Shown in pieces: positions 10,265 to 19,885 of a stretch of DNA of 64,000 nt. Source of the stretch: Janthinobacterium lividum (GTDB taxonomy: Bacteria > Bacteroidota > Bacteroidia > Sphingobacteriales > Sphingobacteriaceae). The stretch is from assembly GCA_050954285.1 (NCBI GenBank), contig JBPBPL010000016.1:4858-68857 (forward strand), given 5' to 3'. A model generated the notes under the pieces. It made no database searches. It was not told the DNA's origin and was given only the letters and a program-made list of their open reading frames with translations. A program made the translations under genes and the position numbers. Each line of letters begins with the position of its first letter. The stretch's first letter is position 1.

Positions 10265-11602
10265 ATGAATACAGTTATCAAAGTTTTTAATTATAGATTT
10301 ACTGTAAAAGAATTTTTGATTCTGTTTTTTGGGTATTTGTTCATGGAGCAAATATTTTCCTGGTTATTTGCACCAACTTCTGCCATTATTCAACCCTATC
10401 AAAAAGCTTTTGGTTTCGTGATATATGCTTATATGCTTGTCAACATCAAACAATATAAGCCAAATGAACAGCTGTTTCTGGGCATATTTGCATTGATTTT
10501 ACTTCGGCTGGTATTAGAATCTTTATACGTTTACAATACCTTTTTCCAGCAGCTTACTATGTATTACGTGCTGTTTCCAGCCGTATATACAGTTTTCATC
10601 AAAAATCTTTGCCGCACTTACGATTTTGATTTGCTGGAATTTATGGCAAAGTTCTATTTATACACCTATATTATTTTTATGTCCATTTATGGCCGTGGCT
10701 TTTCTTTCAGTTTAGAAGGTTTGGATCTGGAGGATTTAGGTGTGTTTTCCGGGGATGGCCGTATCATCCACGCCACCTCTATTTTTATGATGGTGCTGCC
10801 ATTTTTATGGTATCTTAATAAATTTATCAAATCGAAGAAAGGAAAAGATGTTATCCCACTGGCATTCTGTTTCGTAGTGATTTTAATTCACCAGCACCGG
10901 TCAGTTTGGAGCAGTTGTATTATAGCAATGTTTATTTATTTGGGTATTAGTATGCGGGTAAATAAAGAAAACATTCCGCGGATTTGGGGTTTGGCTGTAG
11001 GCGGAGTAATCGCTTTGTTTTTTACCTATTTCTTTGTCTCAACTATGTTCCCGGAATTAACTGATTTCCTTGGAGAACGTTTTAGCGAAATATTTGATCC
11101 TAATCAGCAGGAGAGTACTGGTCGTTTCAGGATTGAGCAGCGTGAAGTTTACGGAACTTTATTTCTGGATCGGCCTATTTTTGGATGGACATTTGAAGGC
11201 TTTGAAATGCCTAACCCATTGGTCGATTGGTGGCCAGAAAAAACTGGTCAGCATTTTCATGAAGGCTTTATGGAAGTCCTTTTTTATCATGGCATTGTTG
11301 GTTTGCTGTTTAAATATTCATTCCTGTTTTATATCGGATTTCGGGCTTTCAGCAGAAAACTTTCCGAAGAAACAGTTATTTTAATGGCATTCTGCCTGTC
11401 CGGTTTATTATTTTCATTAAGTTATGTTCCGCAAACTGTTTTTTGGGGACATGTAGGTTTGTGCTTGTATTACTTAGAAAAAGATGATCTGAAACAGCAT
11501 GACGAAGAAGATTTACCGGAAGAAGAATTTGAGCAAGAACATAGACCATTACCAAAGCAGATTTTTAAGAGCAGAAAAGTTCTTGAATTGGATGCACATT
11601 AA
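10265..11602 (+). CDS. O-antigen polymerase/ligase-like membrane protein (Wzy-like)
   Basis: About 10 TM segments with a large late loop, a typical Wzy/O-antigen-ligase topology. The acidic C-terminal tail is unusual. Located in the EPS locus. Confidence 0.65.
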   Translation: MNTVIKVFNYRFTVKEFLILFFGYLFMEQIFSWLFAPTSAIIQPYQKAFGFVIYAYMLVNIKQYKPNEQLFLGIFALILLRLVLESLYVYNTFFQQLTMYYVLFPAVYTVFIKNLCRTYDFDLLEFMAKFYLYTYIIFMSIYGRGFSFSLEGLDLEDLGVFSGDGRIIHATSIFMMVLPFLWYLNKFIKSKKGKDVIPLAFCFVVILIHQHRSVWSSCIIAMFIYLGISMRVNKENIPRIWGLAVGGVIALFFTYFFVSTMFPELTDFLGERFSEIFDPNQQESTGRFRIEQREVYGTLFLDRPIFGWTFEGFEMPNPLVDWWPEKTGQHFHEGFMEVLFYHGIVGLLFKYSFLFYIGFRAFSRKLSEETVILMAFCLSGLLFSLSYVPQTVFWGHVGLCLYYLEKDDLKQHDEEDLPEEEFEQEHRPLPKQIFKSRKVLELDAH

Positions 11603-11614
11603 TACAAATTTTGT

Positions 11615-12673
11615 ATGAATTATATATGTACCTGGCTTTGTGCTGATAAAAAAGGTGAAGAAAGCGTGTTTTTCCAAACCGGCGAACTTTCATCCTCCCA
11701 AAAACATCAGAATATTTACTGGCGTTGCATCCTATTGTTTTACGTTACCAGCAAGCGTTTTAATAAACAGGAAAAGCACTTGTTATTTACCAACGTTAAA
11801 CAGTTGCCTAATGTAGATGGAAAATCCGTAGCAAATGTGTTGCATGAATTGGATGTAGAAGTAATTTATACAGATTTTAAATATAAAACACCCAGTAATT
11901 ATTTTGGTTCATTTCAGAATCAGTTTTACGAATTTTCCATACTGGAACATATCGCTCAAAATGATCGGAATTTACAAGATAATTATTTAATTGTTGATTC
12001 TGATTGCATTTTCATTAAGCCGATTCAACGGTTGTTTGATGCGGCCGGCCCGCAAGGTTTTATCTCTTTTGAAGATCCGGTTAAGCCAGATTATGTGATC
12101 AATGGTTTAAGCAGAAACGATCTGAAAACGATTTATCAGGAACTACTTGAAACTGAAATACCAGAAATTCCTTCCTACCATTTAGGAGAGTTTTTACTTT
12201 GTAGCGTTGAGAATATCCGAAAAATTTATGCTGATTTTGAAATCCTCTGGCCTCAATTACTGGAAAGAAACGAAAAAGGTTTGATGAAATTTAATGAAGA
12301 AGCGCATACTTTAAGTTATTTGTATTTCAAAAACGGATTTCGGGCAAGCACTGATACTTCTTTTATGAGGAGAATTTGGACGAATCCCGTTTTTTATCGC
12401 GAAATAAGAAGCTCTGATAGAAATTTGATTATCTGGCATTTGCCTGCCGAGAAAATATTTGGTATCTATACTTTGTACAATTTGTTTTTTCATAAATTAA
12501 CCAATTACGGTTTCCAAATTCCCAATCAGCAGTTTGTTAGTATTGTAGAAAAAGCAGTTAGTGTTCCGCGTTTATCTTTCAGGATGCGATTAAAATATTA
12601 TGCAGTTAGCTATTTTAAAGCTTTGAAAAAAAGATTTAAAAAAGTACCTCTTGTCAAAAGACTTTCTAAATAA
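11615..12673 (+). CDS. hypothetical EPS-locus protein, possible GT-A-fold transferase
   Basis: Long ORF co-oriented with the locus. LIVDSDCIF is a DxD-like motif. I recognise no specific family. Confidence 0.55.
   Translation: MNYICTWLCADKKGEESVFFQTGELSSSQKHQNIYWRCILLFYVTSKRFNKQEKHLLFTNVKQLPNVDGKSVANVLHELDVEVIYTDFKYKTPSNYFGSFQNQFYEFSILEHIAQNDRNLQDNYLIVDSDCIFIKPIQRLFDAAGPQGFISFEDPVKPDYVINGLSRNDLKTIYQELLETEIPEIPSYHLGEFLLCSVENIRKIYADFEILWPQLLERNEKGLMKFNEEAHTLSYLYFKNGFRASTDTSFMRRIWTNPVFYREIRSSDRNLIIWHLPAEKIFGIYTLYNLFFHKLTNYGFQIPNQQFVSIVEKAVSVPRLSFRMRLKYYAVSYFKALKKRFKKVPLVKRLSK
12354..12367 (+). repeat. family-A motif copy inside a CDS
   Basis: ATACTTCTTTTATGAGGAGAATTTGG, read as D-T-S-F-M-R-R-I-W. 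Confidence 0.85.
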
Positions 12674-12691
12674 AGCATCATCAACCTGAAT

Positions 12692-13549
12692 ATGACGATT
12701 GCCGTATTGCTTACCACTTTCAACCGAAAACAGAAAACATTGGCCTGTTTGCAAAACTTGTATAATCAGGCTTTGCCGGAAGATGTACATTTGAAAATTT
12801 TTCTGACGGATGATAATTCAGCTGATGGAACGGCTGATGCTGTAGCAACTGCATTTCCTGAAGTTACTGTTTATCATGGAAATGGCTCCTTATTTTGGGC
12901 CGGAGGGATGCGCAATACTTGGCAAAAAGCTTTAATTACTAATGCTGATTATTATCTGTTGCTGAATGATGATACTTTGTTAACTCATACCGCTATTGCT
13001 TCCCTTTTAAAATGTAGTAACTATGTTAAAAGTAAAGGATCAAAACCGGCAATTTGTGTTGGAAGCACAGCTGATGACGAAACCGGAAAAATCTCTTACG
13101 GAGGTAGAAAATTGCATAATAAAAACAGTTGGAGAGAAGGTTCTTTCGTATTCAGTGAAACAGAATTTGTAAATTGTGATGTGGCAAATGCAAATATTTT
13201 ATTGGTTCCGGCAGCAGTAGTAAACAATTTAGGGATATTATCTACTGCTTTTACTCACGGTTTGGCCGATTACGATTATACGATAAAAGCAAAAAAAGCA
13301 GGCTATGGCTTGGTTGTAGCACCTGGCTTTTTAGGCACTTGTATTGATGATCATGGCAACAACTGGAAATCGGCCAATACAACTTTACAAGAACGAGTTG
13401 CCTATCTCAAAAGTCCTAAAGGATTAGCTTATCACGAATATTTAGGTTTCATAAAAGAGCATTTTCCAAAATCATATCCGGCTGCTTTTACCAAACTCTG
13501 GTTAAAAACTTTGTTTCCGGCGATCTGGGACAAATTCAAAAATAAATAA
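12692..13549 (+). CDS. family 2 glycosyltransferase (rhamnosyltransferase-like)
   Basis: TIAVLLTTFNRK...LTDDNSADGT...LLLNDDT motifs. The stop overlaps the next start (TAATG at 13547-13551). Confidence 0.8.
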   Translation: MTIAVLLTTFNRKQKTLACLQNLYNQALPEDVHLKIFLTDDNSADGTADAVATAFPEVTVYHGNGSLFWAGGMRNTWQKALITNADYYLLLNDDTLLTHTAIASLLKCSNYVKSKGSKPAICVGSTADDETGKISYGGRKLHNKNSWREGSFVFSETEFVNCDVANANILLVPAAVVNNLGILSTAFTHGLADYDYTIKAKKAGYGLVVAPGFLGTCIDDHGNNWKSANTTLQERVAYLKSPKGLAYHEYLGFIKEHFPKSYPAAFTKLWLKTLFPAIWDKFKNK

Positions 13550-14466
13550 TGGAAAAAACGATTATAGGAGTTTTTTGCTACAAACGGGCTGCAAAGTTAG
13601 AGGCTTCTATGGAAGCTCTGTTGAAAAATCCGGAATGTGCCGATATGGATATTATTTTTTTTGCTGATGGATATAAAGGCGAAAAAGATAAACAAGGTGT
13701 GCTGGAAACGCGAGCATACATTGATTCGCTAACCGGGTTTAAAAATGTTTACAAACATTATCGAGATAAAAATTTCAGCACCGGCCCAAATTTTCATACT
13801 GGCTTAACTTATCTTTCCAATAATTACGATCGCTTTATTATCGTGGAAGACGATTTGGTGGTTACACCAAATTATATCAAATATTTATTGGATGCGTTGA
13901 ATTTCTACAAAAATGAAAAATCGGTTTTTTGTGTAACTGGCTTTGCTTTTCCGTTGAACATCGGAAGTTATCCTTATGATACGATCATTGCCAACCGCTT
14001 TTGTTCATATGGCTGGGGAAGCTGGTCGGATCGGGTCAAACATGTGGTTTGGGACAAAGCCGGTTTACAAAAAATATTAGATACTTCGCCTGGTTTTAAA
14101 AATCGTTTAAACAAAGAGGGTATGGATTTGTACCGAATGGTGAAAAAGGAAATTGATGGTACCATTTCCACTTGGGATATACAAATGCAGGTTCATGTTT
14201 CCGAAAACCAGTTTAAAGTAGTTTATCCAATCATCTCTAAAGGTACTAATATTGGTTTCGATCAGGAATCTACCAATACTTTTGGAATTGATTATTTGCA
14301 AACGCCACAAGATCCAGGCACAAACAGAAATTTTAAATTTTGCCCGGTTAATGTAATCGAACTTTCTTTACAAAAGCAGCTTAAAAAGCCATACAGTTTA
14401 CCCGTTTTGGCAAAAAGAAAGATCATGAATGATTTAATAAAACTTGGATCGAAATTTAAAAAATAA
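13549..14466 (+). CDS. putative GT-A-fold glycosyltransferase (GNT-I-like EDD motif)
   Basis: IGVFCYKR...FIIVEDDLVV pattern. Translationally coupled to the upstream GT2 gene. Confidence 0.6.
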   Translation: MEKTIIGVFCYKRAAKLEASMEALLKNPECADMDIIFFADGYKGEKDKQGVLETRAYIDSLTGFKNVYKHYRDKNFSTGPNFHTGLTYLSNNYDRFIIVEDDLVVTPNYIKYLLDALNFYKNEKSVFCVTGFAFPLNIGSYPYDTIIANRFCSYGWGSWSDRVKHVVWDKAGLQKILDTSPGFKNRLNKEGMDLYRMVKKEIDGTISTWDIQMQVHVSENQFKVVYPIISKGTNIGFDQESTNTFGIDYLQTPQDPGTNRNFKFCPVNVIELSLQKQLKKPYSLPVLAKRKIMNDLIKLGSKFKK

Positions 14467-14473
14467 TTGATTG

Positions 14474-14517
14474 ATACTTCTTTTATCACACAAAATTTAG
14501 GTTGATAAAAGAAGTAC
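14474..14517. repeat. head-to-head pair of family-A copies forming a 14-bp perfect hairpin
   Basis: TACTTCTTTTATCA (14475-14488) pairs with TGATAAAAGAAGTA (14503-14516), with a 14-nt loop CACAAAATTTAGGT. Located between the 14466 stop and the 14547 start. Confidence 0.92.
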
Positions 14518-14546
14518 CAATCATACAAAATACGCATCAACCATAG

Positions 14547-15812
14547 ATGAAAAAAGCAATTGTAATTGGATCCGGAATATCTGGTTTAAGCATATCCAGC
14601 ATGTTATCAGATCGATATGAAGTTCAGATTTTAGAACGGGCAGATAAAGCTGGTGGCTTAATTAAATGCGACCGGATTGATGGAAATCTTTTTCATCGGG
14701 TTGGTGGCCACGTTTTTAATAGTAAAGATCAGGCTGTTTTAGATTGGTTCTGGAAACACTTTAATCGCGATGAAGAATTTTTAAAAGCGGTAAGAAATGC
14801 TAAAATTCTGCTTGGCGGAAAACTGATTGGTTACCCGCTGGAAAATTATTTATACCAGTTGCCAGAATATGAAACCCGCGCAATTGTGGATGAATTGATC
14901 CAAATGTTGGCTAATAAAAAAGACCAAACCGCTAAATATGATAATTTCCGGGATTTTCTGATTGGTAATTTTGGAGAGAACTTATACCGGCTTTATTTTG
15001 GTCCATATAATTCTAAAATCTGGCATACAGATATCAGCAAAGTTCCATTGGAATGGCTGGATGGTAAGCTGCCAATGCCGCAAATCAAAGAAGTAATTAT
15101 TAGTAACATTGTAAAAAAAGAAGAAAGTACGATGGTACATGCTTCTTTTTATTACCCAAAAGTTGATGGTTCTCAGTTTATTGTTAACCGGCTTTCTGAA
15201 AATCAGAATATCCAATTATCATTTACAGTTTCCAATATCTCTGTTGATCCATCTGGTGGTTTATTATCTATCAATAAAGGGAGTATTATAACTGATTTGA
15301 TTGTGTATTGTGGGGATGTAAGACAATTGCATAACATCATTCAAATTGAGGATCTTAAATTGAAAGCTGCACTTGAAAACGTAGTTGAACTTGCATCTAA
15401 TGGAACATCTAATGTGTTGTGCGAAACAGATGAAAATGATATTTCTTGGTTGTATTTGCCTGAGGATCAATTTAAAGCACACCGTATTATATATACCGGC
15501 AACTTTAGCGAAACAAATAATGAAGGAAGCAGTAGAAAAACTTGTGTAGTAGAATTTTCGGGGAAACAGGATCAAGAAATGATGCTGGAAGAATTGAAAA
15601 AACTGCCCGGAAACTTAACCCCTTTGGCTTTTAATTATGAGCCAAATTCGTATATCATTCAACACAAAGAAACCAGAGATAAAATTAATAGCTTAAAACA
15701 GCATCTTGCTAAATATAATATTTACTTGTTGGGCAGATTTGCAGAATGGGAATATTATAACATGGATAAAGCCATAGAATCAGCAATGGAATTGAGTAAG
15801 AATCTGGCTTGA
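14547..15812 (+). CDS. FAD/NAD(P)-binding oxidoreductase (amine-oxidase / UDP-galactopyranose-mutase-like)
   Basis: N-terminal Rossmann motif KKAIVIGSGISGLS...LERADKAGG. Located in the EPS locus. Confidence 0.75.
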   Translation: MKKAIVIGSGISGLSISSMLSDRYEVQILERADKAGGLIKCDRIDGNLFHRVGGHVFNSKDQAVLDWFWKHFNRDEEFLKAVRNAKILLGGKLIGYPLENYLYQLPEYETRAIVDELIQMLANKKDQTAKYDNFRDFLIGNFGENLYRLYFGPYNSKIWHTDISKVPLEWLDGKLPMPQIKEVIISNIVKKEESTMVHASFYYPKVDGSQFIVNRLSENQNIQLSFTVSNISVDPSGGLLSINKGSIITDLIVYCGDVRQLHNIIQIEDLKLKAALENVVELASNGTSNVLCETDENDISWLYLPEDQFKAHRIIYTGNFSETNNEGSSRKTCVVEFSGKQDQEMMLEELKKLPGNLTPLAFNYEPNSYIIQHKETRDKINSLKQHLAKYNIYLLGRFAEWEYYNMDKAIESAMELSKNLA

Positions 15813-15829
15813 TTATAAGGTAAATAAAT

Positions 15830-16978
15830 TTGAAAGTTTTAGTAATTCATACAAGTTACAAGTATCGTGGAGGTGAAGATACTGTTGTGGCTGAAGAAAT
15901 AAAATTACTTCGGCATGCAGGAATGCATGTAGAATTATTAGAATTTAACAATGATGAAAACGCCTTATTAAAACTTTTGCAATTACCTTTTAATGTCCAA
16001 TCATATTATAAAACAAAACAAAAGTTAACAGATTTTAGGCCGGATATTGTTCATATTCATAATCTTCATTTTGGAGGATCACCATCTGTAATTTATGCTA
16101 TTAAAAGAAGTAATACACCATTTGTAACTACGTTGCACAATTTTAGGTTGCTATGTCCTTCGGGTATCCTTTTTAACAACGGAAAACTTTTTCTAGATTC
16201 TTTATATCAAAGTTTTCCTTGGAAAGCAGTGGAACTTGGAGTCTATAAAGATTCTAAATTAATTACTTTCTGGGTAGCTTTATCCATGTACATTCACAAC
16301 AAATTAGGTACTTGGAAAAATTGTAACAAGTATATTGTTTTGAGTGAACATGCCCGAAAATTATTTTTAAATTCAAAGTTGAACTTATCTCAGAACCAGA
16401 TGGTTGTAAAACCAAATTTTTGTTCTGTTCCGGTGTTGCAACCACAAAAGCGAGAAAATCATTTTTTGTATATAGGCAGGCTTTCGGAAGAAAAAGGAAT
16501 CATGCTTCTTTTATCGGTCTTTTCTTCGTGTACTTACAAGGTAAAAATTGCTGGGGATGGTCCGCTGAAAAATGAAGTTATTCAATATGCTGCTAAATAT
16601 CCAAATATAGAATTTATAGGTATTGTAAATAAAGCTGAAGTATTTATTTTATTGCAAAGTTGTTCTGCGCTGCTTTTTCCTTCAGTTTGGTTTGAAGGCA
16701 TGCCTTTAACAATTATAGAAGCTTTTGCCTGTGGCACACCTGTTATTTCATCCAAACTTGGTGCTATGGAAACCATGATTACACCTGAATATAATGGTTT
16801 GCATTTTGAAGCGAATGATAAGGTTGACTTTAGGCAAAAATTAGATCAATGGATACAGCTCAGCGAAGAGGAGAAGAATCGTTATCGTGAAAATGCGCTG
16901 AATTCATTTATTTCTAATTATACAAGTAGTAGAAACTTAGTGCTATTAGTGGATATCTATAATACCGTAATCGCTTAG
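15830..16978 (+). CDS. family 4 (GT-B) glycosyltransferase
   Basis: TTG start. C-terminal EGMPLTIIEAFACGTPVI (EX7E-type GT1/GT4 motif). Confidence 0.8.
   Translation: MKVLVIHTSYKYRGGEDTVVAEEIKLLRHAGMHVELLEFNNDENALLKLLQLPFNVQSYYKTKQKLTDFRPDIVHIHNLHFGGSPSVIYAIKRSNTPFVTTLHNFRLLCPSGILFNNGKLFLDSLYQSFPWKAVELGVYKDSKLITFWVALSMYIHNKLGTWKNCNKYIVLSEHARKLFLNSKLNLSQNQMVVKPNFCSVPVLQPQKRENHFLYIGRLSEEKGIMLLLSVFSSCTYKVKIAGDGPLKNEVIQYAAKYPNIEFIGIVNKAEVFILLQSCSALLFPSVWFEGMPLTIIEAFACGTPVISSKLGAMETMITPEYNGLHFEANDKVDFRQKLDQWIQLSEEEKNRYRENALNSFISNYTSSRNLVLLVDIYNTVIA
16502..16515 (+). repeat. family-A motif copy inside the GT4 CDS
   Basis: ATGCTTCTTTTATC, read as M-L-L-L-S. Confidence 0.85.
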
Positions 16979-17018
16979 AAGAATACTGTTTATTTATTTA
17001 TTTTTCTTATTTTTAAAA

Positions 17019-17990
17019 ATGGAAGGCAAAGTTGCACTCATATTTGTTTTTAATCACAAATATGATCGAAATATAGATATTTTAGAAAATTTATATAAAG
17101 ACCGTTTTTCTAATATCTACCATTTGGTACCATTTTACGAGGGAAACAAAGAAAATGTTATACCAGTTTACGAGAGTTCTCAACATTTTCAAGGGTATCT
17201 TGCTCAAGGATATAAAAAATATTTCAAGGAAGAATATGAGCATTATTTTTTTATTGGTGACGATCTGATTCTTAATCCGGCTATCAACGAAAATAATTAC
17301 CATGAATATTTTCATCTTTCTAAGGATGCGAGTTATATTCCGGAAATTTATTCATTACACAATTTGACTAACAATGATACTTTGCGTTTTTTACCGGTAA
17401 AAAGTATTACTGGCAAAACACGCTGGCATTGGTGTAAGATTAAGGAATTGGTAGATAATTACGAACACAAAGCGTATGGAGTAGAAAATTCGGATGAAAT
17501 GCCATCTTATCTTCAAGCTACAGAAATTATTAAAAAACACGGTTATGAAGTGCAACCGGTTTCTTATCAGGATTTGCATGGCGATGTTTTTCCTCTCACA
17601 TCTGCAACTGTAAAATACGCAACTCATTTAAGTTCATATTTCAAAAAAATTCAACTAACTTATCCTGTCGTTGGTTCTTATTCTGACATTGTAATTGTTT
17701 CTAAGGCAGCTATTAAAAGATTTTGTCATTATTGCGGAGTGTTTGCAACCAATAAACTTTTTGTAGAATTTGCTATTCCAACTTCATTATTATTGGCCTC
17801 GGAAAAAGTAATTACAGAAAAAGAAATTGGCAAACGAGGGAAAATATACTGGTTATATACTAAACCAGAAATTGATAGATATGAAGAAGATATGAAACCT
17901 TATCATCAAAATTTAATTGAGTTGATGCAAAATTTTCCACACGATAAATTATACATCCATCCAATTAAATTATCTAAATGGAAGGTGTGA
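17019..17990 (+). CDS. hypothetical EPS-locus protein, possible novel transferase
   Basis: 323-aa ORF and the last plus-strand gene of the locus. FFIGDDLILNP is DxD-like. I recognise no family. Confidence 0.55.
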   Translation: MEGKVALIFVFNHKYDRNIDILENLYKDRFSNIYHLVPFYEGNKENVIPVYESSQHFQGYLAQGYKKYFKEEYEHYFFIGDDLILNPAINENNYHEYFHLSKDASYIPEIYSLHNLTNNDTLRFLPVKSITGKTRWHWCKIKELVDNYEHKAYGVENSDEMPSYLQATEIIKKHGYEVQPVSYQDLHGDVFPLTSATVKYATHLSSYFKKIQLTYPVVGSYSDIVIVSKAAIKRFCHYCGVFATNKLFVEFAIPTSLLLASEKVITEKEIGKRGKIYWLYTKPEIDRYEEDMKPYHQNLIELMQNFPHDKLYIHPIKLSKWKV

Positions 17991-18004
17991 AATAAAAATT
18001 TCCG

Positions 18005-18733
18005 TTAATCGTATTTGAGTTTATATTTAAGCAACGTATATAAAAAAACAGGACCATAATACAAGTAACGTTTCCACATACGTTGTGGTTCATTAATTAA
18101 TCGGCCGAACCATTCAAAGCCAGCATTAATCCAAAAATTACTTGGCCGATTCATTGTACCGGCATAAAAATCAAAAACTGCACCAATAGAACCAATTAAT
18201 TTTGTGTCTAATTGTTCGTGATGTGCTACCGCCCATTTTTCTTGTTTTGGAGCAGTCATTCCAACAAATAAAACATCTGGTTTAAATTGATTCACTGCAT
18301 CAATCATCTTGTCATTGTCAGATTTAGAAAATACAGGTTTAAAAGGCGGTGAATAACAACCTACTCTTATGTTTGGATATTCTACTGCTAACTTATCTTT
18401 TATTTTTTTTAAGGTTTTGTCGGAAGAACCTAAGTAAAAACAACTCCCATATTCTTTATTTAACTTGTTAAGTAAATGAACATGAAGGTTAGAACCAGAA
18501 ATTTTCTTTATTTTTTCGCCTGTTTGTAGTCTAACAGCAGCAACAATTCCAACACCATCAGGTAACAATACATCCGATTCTAACAATGCCTTTTTAAATT
18601 CGGCATCTTTTTCTGCCAGACAAAAGGAGTACTGGTTAATTGTATTAACAACTAACTTAGGCAAGTTAGGTAAATCATCTAATGATTTTGAAAACAAATC
18701 ATATCCCGCATAATTACTTAAAAGCTGGTCCAT
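18005..18733 (-). CDS. WecB/TagA/CpsF-family glycosyltransferase (GT26)
   Basis: LPDGVGIV...FVGMTAPKQEKW...GAVFDFYAG motifs typical of TagA/WecG. Confidence 0.85.
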   Translation of the reverse strand: MDQLLSNYAGYDLFSKSLDDLPNLPKLVVNTINQYSFCLAEKDAEFKKALLESDVLLPDGVGIVAAVRLQTGEKIKKISGSNLHVHLLNKLNKEYGSCFYLGSSDKTLKKIKDKLAVEYPNIRVGCYSPPFKPVFSKSDNDKMIDAVNQFKPDVLFVGMTAPKQEKWAVAHHEQLDTKLIGSIGAVFDFYAGTMNRPSNFWINAGFEWFGRLINEPQRMWKRYLYYGPVFLYTLLKYKLKYD

Positions 18734-18887
18734 TTTAGTAAATTCTATCCTATCTAATTTTTTGTCTTGTACAACCTATTTACGTTGTACGTTTGAATTT
18801 AGATTCAGAAGAAATCTATAATCATAATGTTTTAAAAAATATTAATTGAAGAAATCTGTATTTTAAACCATCCAAAAAGTAAATTAC

Positions 18888-19838
18888 TTACTCAGCTGGC
18901 GGTTTTGGTATATTTTTCATTTGAAAGCGGGGTTTGTAAGCTGGTTTTACAACTTCTGTTTTTGGCTGATCAGCTTCTGTATCCCTAATATCTGCTACTG
19001 TTTTTACCGGTTCTTTTTTGATACTCTGCCTATTGAATGTAGGTTTAAAAGCAGGTTTTTCTGGTTCCGGTTCTTCGGCCAATAGTGGTTCTCCACTTTT
19101 TTCTTCATCCATTTCAACAACAATTTTTGGAATGTTTTTAGGGTTGAAGCGCGGTTTAAAAGCTGGCTTATCTACTAACTCTTTTATCTCATCGGTAACA
19201 GATTGATCGGTTTCTTGCGGTGTGTCAAAATTCTCAGGAACTGGTTTTAAAGGTGATAACTCATCATCAGATGCTGTTTTTACCGGTTCTTTTTTGATTT
19301 GCTGCATGTTGAACCTGGGTTTAAAAGCAGGTTTAGCAAATGGTTCAATTATAGGTTCAGCTTTCTCGTTTATGGATTCGGTAATAGGTTCTTCTGTTGT
19401 TTTTGGAGCCATTTTCGGATTGAAACGTGGTTTAAAAACCGTAGTTTCAAGACCTGTTTCGCGGATAACTTGTTCTGCTTCTGCTAAAGAAATATCCTTT
19501 TCTGGTATGTTCTGCTCTGATAATTGCACCAGATTATCTTCTTTAAATTTGGGCCTGTCGTTGTCTGTATCCAGGTTTTGAGCAGCAGCAACAGCAATTC
19601 CCTGCACAGCCATATTAGAAATATCTTCTGCTTGTACTGGATGTGGTTTTATAATTATTGACAGCGGATAGGTTCGGCGTAAATAATTGAAGTGGTATTT
19701 TTTGGTATGATCAAAACTTTTTTCGCCCATTAAAGGGTAGTGCTGACTAAATTCTGCAAACAAACCTGGTTCTGTTATTTTTAACTGTGCCAGGTTTATT
19801 TTTTTTTTCTGGAAAAACTCTTCAAAAGTTAGCATCAT
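18888..19838 (-). CDS. hypothetical protein with five KPAFKPRFN-type basic repeats
   Basis: A globular N-terminal region of about 70 aa, then acidic/Pro-rich linkers carrying FKPRFNPK, KPAFKPRFNMQQIKKEPVKT, KPAFKPRFNPKNIPK, KPAFKPTFNRQSIKKEPVKT and KPAYKPRFQMKNIPK. Confidence 0.7.
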   Translation of the reverse strand: MMLTFEEFFQKKKINLAQLKITEPGLFAEFSQHYPLMGEKSFDHTKKYHFNYLRRTYPLSIIIKPHPVQAEDISNMAVQGIAVAAAQNLDTDNDRPKFKEDNLVQLSEQNIPEKDISLAEAEQVIRETGLETTVFKPRFNPKMAPKTTEEPITESINEKAEPIIEPFAKPAFKPRFNMQQIKKEPVKTASDDELSPLKPVPENFDTPQETDQSVTDEIKELVDKPAFKPRFNPKNIPKIVVEMDEEKSGEPLLAEEPEPEKPAFKPTFNRQSIKKEPVKTVADIRDTEADQPKTEVVKPAYKPRFQMKNIPKPPAE

Positions 19839-19862
19839 AATTTATTTAAACAGCTGATGGAT

Positions 19863-19876
19863 ATACTGTTTTAATC
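19863..19876 (+). repeat. family-B variant motif copy (13/14)
   Basis: ATACTGTTTTAATCACCTCAAATTTAC, between the repeat-protein start and the yebC stop. Confidence 0.7.
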
Positions 19877-19885
19877 ACCTCAAAT

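Noticed and set aside
13547-13551. Stop/start overlaps: TAATG here, TGATG at 34383-34387, 7-nt MarC/MFS overlap and 4-nt coaD/NUDIX convergent overlap.
   Set aside because: Ordinary translational coupling and compact gene packing. Noted in the feature evidence only.
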